Assembly: GCF_030684315.1 (NCBI RefSeq)
Contig: NC_081355.1
Location: 22,221,316-22,285,315, forward strand
Reading direction: 5' to 3'
DNA: 64,000 nucleotides
From: Stegostoma tigrinum
Taxonomy: Eukaryota
In this document: piece by piece, positions 27,001-38,800 of the stretch
Layout: the number at the start of each line of letters is the position of its first letter
How positions within the stretch are numbered: position 1 is the stretch's first letter
The notes under the pieces: generated by a model
Seen by the model: the letters and a program-made list of their open reading frames with translations, nothing else
Database searches by the model: none
Told to the model about the DNA's origin: nothing
Translations under genes and position numbers: made by a program

Positions 27001-29798
27001 GAATGCTACTTCCATACCTTTGTCGAGACAGATAGCCTGTCCAATTCTGTTTCTTATTTCTGACAGAGCATCAAAATGTTGTAGATAATAAACTCTTTCA
27101 TCAGCTCCCGCAATGAGCTGAAGCTCACTTTTGTCTGCAGCTCCTACACCAACAGCATAGACAACAACACCCTCTTGTCTCACTTTCATCGCAGGAATCG
27201 TTACATTATCATCTGACACTCCATCTGTGATGGTGATCAGCAAACGCTGCACTTCAGTTTTCCGGCTTTGCCTTGCTCTATTGAGATAAGTCGTCATATA
27301 TGTTAATGCTCTGCCTGTTTCAGTGCCTCCTCCAATTTGACCAATTCTTTCAATTGCTTCCACAAGTTCCACTTTACTGGTGTACTGAGTTATTTCAAAT
27401 TCAGATTGTACACGATCTGAAAACTGCACAACCCCAATGCGAACCTGGTTTTCACCAATACTGAAGAGCTTCACTACATCAGATAGAAATGTTTTAATCT
27501 CTTTGAAGTTGTCAGGATATATACTACCTGACCCATCAATCAGGAAAAATATATCGGCTTCTTCAGTTTCAACACAGCCTGAAAAAGAAAGGGACATTGC
27601 TTCAGTTACTAAAGTAAAAAACAGCTGGAACACACAGCAGCACTGACGCTCACTTGTAGAACTTGTTCTAACTCCTGCTTTCAAGATTTGCTATTTTTCA
27701 CCTCTATTTGTAAAACCATGGACTTGGTAAATCTGCAAAGAAAAATAGCAAATTAACAGCACTTCAGCTATGTTAAGCCGCACAGCAAAAAAATCATAAT
27801 TCTTCTGAATTAAGAGAGGAAAATAGCATCACAGATGACATAAACTTGAACATCAAATATAAAATTTGGGACTTCATGTGTTCACTTCCAAATCCATCTT
27901 GAACATTGCAATCTCACCTGAAGTAGCAAGATTGCATGTAACTTTGATGTAACACTCAGGCTAGGGGCTGGAAGTTTTGCAGGTGACTGTTTCAGGTGCA
28001 TGAGCTGAAAAGTGCTTACAAGTGAAAGGGCAGGGGAAGGCAAGATCAGCTAATTGGTTTTGATAGCCATGCCACCGCTTATAAGATGAGAAGTTGAGGA
28101 GCAAGTCCAGAAGGAAGAGGAGGAAGCAGAAGAAGGTGAAGAGTACATGGGAATAAAAAGTGGACAAGTCCATGTATGTTAATGACTAATTCAAGAGTGG
28201 AAACAGAAACTGTAACACCAATCCACCATTCACCAATCGTCTCATACTTCTTTCCTTCACTTCATTCTCAAAATTGAAGAAATTCAAGCTCTGCAAATCT
28301 GATTCAGTAGCAAGTACCAGATTTTGTCATTGGGGTTATGTGTATGCGGCAGATTGCTAGTCAGTGAATGATGATGGTATGGTGAATTCAGCAGTGTTTG
28401 AGACAATTAGTGCAAACATTGTTCTGTGGCTTTAAAGATATCTTGACTAACTTTGACCATTCTTAGAAGGTAATTAACAATACTCCACTACTGTATCTAA
28501 ATCTTTAGATTTTACTCCGAGAATCGACTTCCAAGGTTATCAGTGCTAACTTCCATTTCTTCGTGCTTCTGGGAAGCTTTCTACCCGGCTGAGGACACTT
28601 GACATTTTTTTTTCCAATTTTCAATTTTTCCACCAAGACATCTATGGTATGGAGTTATTCTCTCTTTCCAAATTCAAATTTGCAGAACAATCCCACGGCC
28701 TGATCAAGCCACAACAACATCCTTTAAAGGTACATCAACTAGATTTAAGTCATGCAAATTAGCAGTTACTATAGGTAACCAGTTGACGTATGCAGCCAGT
28801 GAACTACAAAGTGACTATATGCAGAAATCACTGTGATTGGCATGCAGTACAAAGTATGTGTGCTTCCTTCACTGCATTCAATGCAGTGGGGCAGATTTAC
28901 TCATCACCATCATTCTGCCCATGCTAATCAACTTAACAGCAGAGCATACAGAGGAGACTGACTGCAATGATACTCAGGAAGATAGGCTTCAATTATGTGG
29001 CAAGTCTCAAAAATCTAGGCTGACTCTCCTTTCAACAGGAGTGACTCAGATGAGATGTTCAAAATTATGATGGATTTTGATCAAGTAGTTTGGGTTTTCA
29101 CCAGCAAGAAGATTGATAACCACGTGATCGATAAAAGAGGCGGAGGTCACATGAGAAGAATTCATTTTATGCAGTGAGTTGTTACAATGTGGTGCAATCT
29201 GAAGACATGAGTTTAAAACTGATTGGCACCTCATCCACCATTTAAGTATTCACTTTCCAGCACTGGTACACTGCAGCTGCAGTGTAACTTATTCACAATG
29301 TGTATGCAGTAACTTGTAGATATGCCATCAGCAGCATCACCAAAATGCACATCCACTATCACCTCAATTGTCAATAGCAGTAAGTGCATGAGATTATCCT
29401 CATAATCAAAATTCCCTTCAAGTGATATCCTGCCTATACTCAGAAATATGTTAATATTCCTGAATTGTCATTAAGTCAAAATCCTGAACTCTGTGGGGCA
29501 CCAGCACCACTTGGACTGCTGTAGTTGTAAGGACTGTGACTATTTATTTTTGTGTCTTTAAAACCTGTGGACTACAAGGAGAAACAGTGGTTTTTAAAAT
29601 CACTGATTTAGCAGGATGGCTGCCTAATTTCATAACAAGAAATATAATGTCTATTGTGATCTCTTTGCTTTGCGGCCAGAGGCTTCTGCGAAGAGCAGAC
29701 AATTTAGATAGCTAAGGAGCTCTTTACAATTGGAGCTGATTGGTTCTCAGCTAACTGAGCAGGTTGGAGCTAGAAACAACTTACAGAGACACCAACAA

Positions 29799-29830
<32 letters not shown>

Positions 29831-32800
29831 GGGAATGCTGCTGTTTTCCACCTTTAGAAGCTGCCTGTTCGTCGCAATAAAAAAAACTTGGGAAAAAAGG
29901 TTACCTTTTCTGCAACAGTGGCTATGAGCTGAGAATTGATAATTCAGAGATATTTTTCAAGTACATCAATCACTCTGTGCTTCTTACTAATCAGTGAAAG
30001 CTTTCACAAAAGACAGCTAAACACCAAGGGGCTGGCTAGGTGAAGTAGAATCACCTCAACATTGGAATTAGGGAGCTGACTTTCTAGTTTTTCTCTACCC
30101 CTTGTAGTTGTCTCCCTATTTCTGTGTGTGTACACGTGTGCATGTGTGTTTGTGTAACTCACAAAGCTACAGCTGGCCCTCCGAATTGCCTCGGCCTGGA
30201 TTAATGAGTAACTTTAGGGTCTAAACAGGCCAAAGGACTGCTGGTCTGTTTAATGGCACCCCCCAGGTTCCATTTGAACTGCAGTGCTCTCTCCCACCTT
30301 CAAACCTGCCACTGGCAGAATGTAAAACTAAGCCCTGTTTTCTTGCAGCAAACTTTATTTTTTGTTCAGTGCTAAACGTCTAGTTGTCAGCGGCATCACA
30401 AGCCACAGCTCCTAAAGTAGGACTCCCTCAGATGAAAGAGAATACATCAATCTTCAACTTGGACAGTTTTTCACCAAGTAGAGTGGCTGATTTATGCTTA
30501 ACCCAATCTTCTAGCCAAAGGACACTCCAGGAATGCTGTTGAGAATGACATTTCAGCATTTTGCCCCCTCTCCCACTCCAATGCTCTTTTGCGCTGGATT
30601 CAGGCTAACAGTCTTACTCCTAACTCCAAGCATGATTGGTTCAAATCCTGCTCCACGTAACTGAATGTGTACAACTGCAAGTTATTTCTTGACAACTTTA
30701 CTTTATCAACAATAATCTTTGGCAGAATAGCTTCTATACACCTCTCATAAATATACAGTTATAAAATGATCATCTACCAAGGAGAAAAATGTTTGCATTT
30801 GAATCCATTTGACATAAAAGATATGTTGGGCCATTAAAATAAATTAGTTTCATCGCAAGTGCATTCACAGTTCACAGTTACATTTCAAAGATCTCACCTT
30901 GCTCAACAAGCTCATCTTCATGTGGTTTCATTGAGACTACGTCTATAATCTCATTACAAATCTTCACCTGCATTCGACTTTCCACTGACTTCAACTGGTC
31001 AAAGTCTGTGATAGTGGAAACATACTTTTTGGGAGGATATGAAGCAATGCTTTTGAGTTCATCTACTGTGACATTCTTGATTCCCAAAGCATAGACAATA
31101 ACACCATGACGTCGCAGGGCCTCGGCTGGAGCTGTGACCTCATCAGTTGATACACCATCAGTAATCACCACAGCAATCTGAGGAATTCCATTCCTTCTCC
31201 TACTACCACGACGTTCAATAAAGTAATTGCGCATCATGTAATTAATGGCAGCCCCCGTATTTGTCCTTCCTCTCTTATAAGATGTTCCTTTTATATGGTT
31301 AATTATATCGGCCTTTGTTTGATATGTGTCAAGGTAAAATTGTGGTGTTGCAATATCACTATATTGAATCAAACCAACTTGCACCTTGTCTGGACCTACT
31401 TCCAGTGTGCTGATAACACGGATCAGAAAATTACGCATCAGTTCAAAGTTTTCTTCCCCAATGCTTCCAGACTCATCCACAAGGTAAACAATATCAGCGA
31501 CCAAGTTTGACAGACACACTGTAAAGCAAAAACATAACATTACGAGCTTGAAAGATGCAAAGAGGACTCATTCTTCAGAGAGAGACTTTACATGTACTTT
31601 AACCTAAAAATTCTGTGATGTCTGCTTGACTAATCCACATCTCATATTTTTGCAACTTATCACCCACGGCTTTGGCTTCTGAGAAAAACTGTCATCGTGG
31701 CAGTCTTCAGCACTTCCAAATCACTGATGTTTCTCATCTTCCTTGGAATTGGTGGCCTCTACTAAGCTTTGCTTTGATATGTCATAGGACTAATTCCTAC
31801 GGAATTATTTTGAGGAATGACCGGAAGACTTGAGTTTTTTTTATTAATTCAGGGAATGCCCATCCCTAATTGCCCATGAGAAGGTGCTGGTGAGCTGCCA
31901 TCTTGAACAACTGCAGTCGATGTGGGGTAGGAAAACCCTTAATGATGTTAAAGGGAATAGTTGTTTGTAGGTGCCGTTGTGCAAATAAAGTGAGTTGCAT
32001 TTTCCTGGATTGTATCAAGCTTCTTGATTGTTGGTGGAGTTGCACTCATCCAGAGAAGTGAAGAGTATTCCAGCACACTCCTGACTGCGAAAATTATGGA
32101 TAGGATTTGGGTGAATCAGGAGGCAGGTTATTCATCACAAGATGCCTACCCTCTGACCTTCTCTTGAAGCCATTTATATGGCTAGTTCTGATCAATGGAA
32201 ACACACTTGTGGCCTCCTGAGGACACTATCCTGAGGAACTCCTCCAGAGATTCCTGAAACTGACATCAAAGACCTCCAGGAACAATTGTCTTTCTTTCTG
32301 CTAGGTACGACCTCATCTAGTGGAGATTTTCCCCCTAGATTCCCACTATCCTTAAGTTTTGCTACGGCTCTTTGATTCCACACAGTCAAATGCTACTTTG
32401 ATGTCAAGGGCAGTCATTCTCATCTCACCTCTGCTGCTTTGTCAGCTTTGTCCACATTTAGGCCTAGGATTTAAAGAGGTCTGGAGCTGAGTGGTCCTGG
32501 CAGAAAGTTAACACCTTAGAGTAGGCTATTGCTAAGCATTCGCTGTTTGATAGCACTGTTAATGACAACTTCCATAACTTTACTGATGATTGAGAATGGG
32601 GGCAGAGCATAATTGACTGGGTTGGATCTGTCCTGCTTTTTATAAATAGGACATACTTGAGCGAATTTCCCAATTGCTGTTAAATGATAGGATTGTAGCT
32701 GTAGTTAGGTAAAAGTAGCCCGCAGGACTTTTAAAGTAGCAATCTCTGGATTGCCCCAGTTCCAGGTGCATGTGAGTGCATGAATAGGAGGATAAGGCAG

Positions 32801-35800
32801 ATGGATGTGTGATTGAAAAGATAAAGCAAAAGGGAGGGTTTCAGATTCCTGGGTCACTGGTATTGGCTCTGGGGAAAATGGCACTTGTACAGGTTTGATG
32901 GGTTGCATCTGAACAGAGCAGGGACTAAGATCCTTGTAGCGTGATTTGTTGGTGCTAATGGGAAAACTTTAATGTAGCTTGGCAGGGGTATAGGAACCAA
33001 GAAAGAATATGAGAGAAGAGCCATTACAGTCCTCAGAGACGCAACTTGTACTAGAATAGGCAATAGCATGTTCTTAGGTGAAGTCAGGATAAGGGAAAAA
33101 AAAAACAAAATCAGGGTTTCTGTGCATGTCTGTCAATACAAGGAGTACAGTAAATGAGATTGGCAAGTTACAGGTGCAGAATATCATGTGGAATTTTGTT
33201 GTGTTGATAAGAGATCTGACTCAAAGAAGGGCAAGTGTGGGTGTTAAATATTCATGGGTACAAGGTTTTCAGATAAAGGAAGGAAGGGAGGAAGGCTGGT
33301 TCTATTGGTTAAGGAATGCATTGCAATGATAGAGAAAGAGGATATTTCATAAAGGTCTAAGCACAGAAGTAATTCAGCTAGAATTGCAGAACAAGGGTAT
33401 AATTAAATTGCTAGATGTAGTCTAGAGACCACCAATAAGTAGCAAAATGCAGAAGAACAAATCTGCAAGCTAATTATAGAGAGACGACAATATTATACCG
33501 TAGTTATAATGGGAGGCTTCAATTACCCAAGCATAGGGTGGGACATATGTAATACATGGTGCAGTGAATTATTCAGTTCTTTAATCACATACAGGAGAGC
33601 TACCTATAGTAGTATGTGTCCAGTCCAACAAGAAAGGCTGCACTATTGGACCTGGTTCTCAGAAATGAGGTAGGCCAAGTAGATCAAGTTAACAAAGTGT
33701 GAGGCTGGATGAACACAGCAGGCCAAGCAGCATCTCAGGAGCACAAAAGCTGACGTTTCGGGCCTAGACCCTTCTTCAGAAAAGCTTTTCTGATGAAAGG
33801 TCTAGGCCTGAAACGTCAGCTTTTGTGCTCGTAAGATGCTGCTTGGCCTGCTCTGTTCATCCAGCCCCACACTTCGTTATCTTGGATTCTCCAGCATCTG
33901 CAGTTCCCATTACCTCTGATCCCAAGTAGATCAAGTGTTAGTTGAGGAACATTTTAGGAAGCAATGATCATTATATTGTAAGATTCAGGATGATGATGGA
34001 GAACTGTCAGAGGGTCAAGAGTCTTTGGAACTCCTTGCCACAGTGCTGTGGGGCAAGAGTCCCTGTGCTTATTTAAGGCTGAGATAGATAGATTTGTGAT
34101 TAGCAGTGGCATCAAGGTTATGGGAAAATGCAGGAAAGTGGATGAGAGAAATGACAGATAAACCATGATCTTATTGAATGGCACAGCACATCCAAGGTGA
34201 CAACTGACCCACTCGTGTTCCTATTTCTGATGGTTTTCTGACATGTAACAATCCAAAATGCAAAGATCAGTTCGCACAGAGTGAACTTCAACGAAACAAG
34301 AACAGAGCTGGGCTGGAAAAGAGAGGGCAGAAAAAAAACATTATCTTAACAATGGGCTACCTTCAAGCGATTTGGGTATAGGAAAAGTATATTTCTTCAA
34401 ATGGGAAGGATAATCAAAGATTCATACCTGACTGTATGACAAAAGAAGCAAAAATTAAGATAAAGAAGACAACGAGTGATAAACGTCAGGTTAAAAAGTA
34501 AAATTGAGAACTGAGCAGAATATTAAAGGTTTAGAGGGGAGATAAAAAAAACTAAGAGAATCATAGAGCAGCTATGCGAAAAGACTGGCTGCTAAATTAA
34601 AGAGATGTTCAAAATACTCAATGGTGACATAAATAGTAAAAGAGGAGCTGACTGGGGATTAAAACAGACACTTACAGTTGGAAGGATGAGGCAGGGCTGA
34701 GGTGTTAACTGAATGCTTTGCATCTGCCCTTACCAAAGACAGAGATAATACCCTGGCCATGGTGACATAGGAGGGAACTCACTCACGAGAAGGGTTCAAA
34801 TTTGATACAGCACAATTGTTGCATAGATTGTTGGCACTTAAAGTGACGAGGCAACATGATCAAAAGAAATGCATCTAAGGGTTTTGAAGGAAGTGAGAGT
34901 GGAAGTTGCAGAAGCACTGGTTACAAGTTTATAACTTCCTATGACTCAGAGAAGGGGTAGAGTTTTAGAAATCTGCAGACATTATGGCCTTGCCCGAGAC
35001 AATTATAATGACAAGCCCAGCCAGATAGTTTAACTTCAGTGATGGAGAAGTTTTGAGAATCAATTATTCAACAGAATTAACAGTTACATGGAAAATGATT
35101 GGTTTTTTAGGAAGAGCTAGCTTGGATTTCGAAAGGGGAAATCATGTTTAACTAACTTGCTGGAGTTTTTTGAAACAGCAACAGAAAGGCAACAGGGGGT
35201 AACACTGTTAATGTGGTGTACATGGACTTTCAGAAGATCTTGATTCACAACAGACTTGCAAGGCAATTTATTGGTCATGAAATAAGAGGGTCAGTAACAA
35301 CATGGGGACAAAATTGGCTGAGTGACAGGGAACAGGGAGCAATGATCGATGGGTATTTTTCGGTCTGGAAGACCTTTACAGTGCAGTTCTCGAAGATCAG
35401 TATTAGGGCTTGTGGTTTGCTATTCATAATCTGGATCATAGCATGGAGGGGATAATTTCAAAGTTTTCAGACGATACAGAACTTGGAAGAGCTGTAAACT
35501 GTGAGGAGATAGACAAGCTGGTAGAATGAGTAGATAGGTGACAGATGGGTTTCAAGCCAGTGATGTGCGAAGCGATTTTTTTTGGTAGGAAGAACATTGC
35601 AAGATAATGTAATAAAGGTCGTCAGCTTGGTCCTACCAGAACATAGGGACTGCTCTCTCATTACAGAGTGCTAACTGGTGGAGATTTAACCTAGGGCCAC
35701 CACACCTTAGGCTAGGGGAGAAGTTGAGATGGAGAGTCCTTTATGGTAATCTCAGACAGTATGTGAACTGATTCCATACTCTGGCACTACATTTCATCAT

Positions 35801-38800
35801 AAACCAAATGTCCAGTCAATTGAGCTAATCAATCCATGGTGGGATTCAAAACTGGGCTCCCATTCCCTGAGCGACATGGTGGATCACTGGTTAGCACTGA
35901 TATCTCACAGCACCAGGGACCTGAGTTCAATTTCAGCCTCGGGAAACTGTCTGTGTGGAGTTTGCACAATCTCAATGTGTCCGCGTAGGTTTCCTCCCAC
36001 TCTCGAAGAATGTGCAGGTTAGGTGGATTGATCATAGGATATGCAGGGTTAGAGGGATAGGGTAGGGATGTGGGTCTGGTTGAGACACTCATCAGAGGGC
36101 CTGTGTGGTTTTGATGGGTCAAATGGCTTGTTTCCACACTATAGGGATTCTACTTCCTGGGCCCCTGGATTACTAGTCCAAAGACATTAACTCCAGGTCA
36201 GTACAGCAGGAACTTTACAATGAATATGACTAAATTACATTGAATAAATTTCAAGTTAAAAAAGAACTCCAAAGTTATCCAAGACACAGTCAGATGCTAT
36301 GTTAAGCAGATGAAGACTTTTTATAGAATGGTGAATCAGAATGGGCCACAAAATGTACATGTCGATCTGATGAATAAGCCCAATTAATGGTTTACACAGA
36401 AGGCAACAGTGAAGGGGGAAATAAACAGAGATGAATGCTTCTATGAATGTTGGTGAATACAAATGAATAAAAAACAACTTGGCACTTGGCCAGATATTAG
36501 AGTATCAACCTGATGAACAGCAAGATATCACCCCCAGGTCACCCTACTATTGAGGACTGAATCTGTTCAAAAATCTTGACAGCAACATAGGGACCACCTC
36601 AGAGAAAATGGAAGAGCCAGTTAGTGCCTGTTTGTGATAGCTGAGGTATTGCCATTTATGGGAAATAAAATAACAAATTCAAAGCACATAAAATAGGCTC
36701 CTGATCTAAGATATATATCAGATGGAATTTTCTAACCTGAGTTATAAATATTCAGTAATTTTTACATGACAGAATAATGAGAGGATTTTTTTAGCTAAGG
36801 TTATTGCAATCATAGAATCCCTACAGCATGGAAACAAGTCCTTCGGCTCAACAAGTCTACAGCAACCCTCAGAGCATCCCAGCCAGACCAAACCTATAAC
36901 CCACCTAATTTACACATCCCTGGACACTATGGACAATTTAGCATGGCAAATCCACCTAACCTGCACATCTTTGGACTGTGGGAGGAAACTGGAGCACCCA
37001 AAGGAAAGCCATGCAGACAAGGGGAGAATGTGTAAACTCCACACAATCAGTCACCCAAGGGTGGAATTGAACCTGGGTTCCTGACGCTGTGCCTCTCTAT
37101 TTCATATCTGACCAATACAGGCAACAGAAAAAGGGGAATTTTTAATATAATCAATCAATCTGAATTTAGATCTGAAAGGACAGTGTATGAATGTACATAA
37201 TATGCCAATTATTTTCATTTGATGTAATCTGAGGAACAATTTGCCAGGTAGTAAGGCTTGTAGCAAAGGTACTGGCTATTGCTTGAATATTATTCATTAT
37301 GTTCCAAGCAGAAGATGTTTTCTTCTGCATTTCAGCTCGGTCTGCAGAACTTTTATGAAAATAATACATTGTCTTATTGTGCTGTGTGACCAGTTTGCAT
37401 GTGATGGGAAATGCATTCAGTGGAAATGTAAGTACAACACTGATAGGCATTGTACGTTGTGAAAGATAAATCATTTTCCAAAGAACATTGGTTTGGATTT
37501 TACCTGATGGTTTTTCAATCTTGCTCTTTTGTTTCGTTATATTTTGTATTGTGTGCGATATAACAGGTGCATTGTGCAGAAGACGCTCAAACGGCGAAAC
37601 CAGAGAAAAAAATGGGTCCGATGAATAATTCATTGCAATTTGTGGCAGGTCCGTCTCTGCTTTCGATACGGCAATGGAGATAACCATTACACCATCCTTG
37701 ATTAAAATTTTGGAACGATCTTCAACAGCATCTTGCGAAGAAGTGTCAGTAATTATTACAGCGATTTGAGGAACGTTTGCAAGCTTCCTACTTCCAGCTG
37801 ATGAAACAAAATAATTTGTTTTTAAGTGTTTAATGGCATCTGGTAGAGCCAATGGTGGACCACCTCGAAAGCTGTAACTCTTCATTATGTGATTGAACAC
37901 GTCCTTCTTACTGACAGAATGCCTCAGTAAAAATTCAGTTTTCACATCTTTTCCAAACTGTGCAAATCCAATTCTGTATTTGTCCAGTCCAATATTCAGC
38001 TGTGCAATACTTCCCATAATGAAGTTCTGAATCATTTTAAGCACTTGAATATTTTGAGTATCTTGAGTATCAACCATGAATACCACATCAGCAACAGGAC
38101 CTGATAATTCAGCAAAAGAAGAAATATTTAAACAACTTTATTTTTTTTAATATCCCATGTATGCAGAGTATTATCTAAATCACATAAAATTATCAGAGTA
38201 CATTTGTGGCTCAGAGTTGGCGTTTTCAATTCTGAATCATAAATTCAGGCCATTTGCTGCACCTGTCGTTATCCATTACCATCCTGGGATGCTTTCTCTA
38301 AAGTCAGTGACTGATGAAATTGCCAACTGGGAAACAGGTCAGTTTTTTATTTTGAGATGAGACTGTAAGCTACTGCAGGGTGGCAGAATGAAGCGTAGGG
38401 TTTGGAATGTGCAGAGAATAAACAGAACAAAAAAGGACCCTTGACCCAGTAGGAAGTGCACAGGGAGCTGGGAGGATTGAAGCTGCGGAGGATCCTCGGA
38501 CAAACAGCGGTGCAACAAGGGGGTGTGGAATAATTGTCTAGTTTGTTCGGCCAATTGTAACATGACGACAACTAGAGTCTACGCTGCTCTTCGAATGAAA
38601 AAGGAGATTTATTCTGCATTGAACTCTATGTTGTGCTTGCCTGGGCAGCACTTGGCAAGGCACTGGACAGGGAGCTTTGTATCCAACCCCCGTGTCTGGA
38701 AAAGTAAAAAATGTTTGTGTTCCTCAGTCCTGATTTGAACTGGATACTGATGCAGGAGTTGCATGATATCAGATCGAGTCTTACCCCATTAAGATTAAAA

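Larger units (their letters stand above)
32705..35620 (+). mobile_element. Old long CR1 LINE (endonuclease and RT remnants) with nested insertions
   Basis: EN motifs (VNTRS at 33130; gtctagagaccacca, VYRPP-like; atgggaggcttcaattacc, MGDFN-like) and RT motifs ([10 protein letters not shown] at 35141; VYMDFQK at 35215). Confidence 0.75.

Noticed and set aside
37166-37503. C-terminal extension of the 306-aa ORF beyond exon F
   Set aside because: Read-through into intron past the phase-1 donor at 37503, with no domain similarity.
37504-38100. Exon F as a CpG island
   Set aside because: A hand count gives about 15 CpGs, similar to exon G (about 13), so it is not distinctive.
38339-38563. Signal-peptide exon for an internal start before exon F
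   Set aside because: The hydrophobic stretch is about 37 residues from the Met and no in-phase donor follows it.
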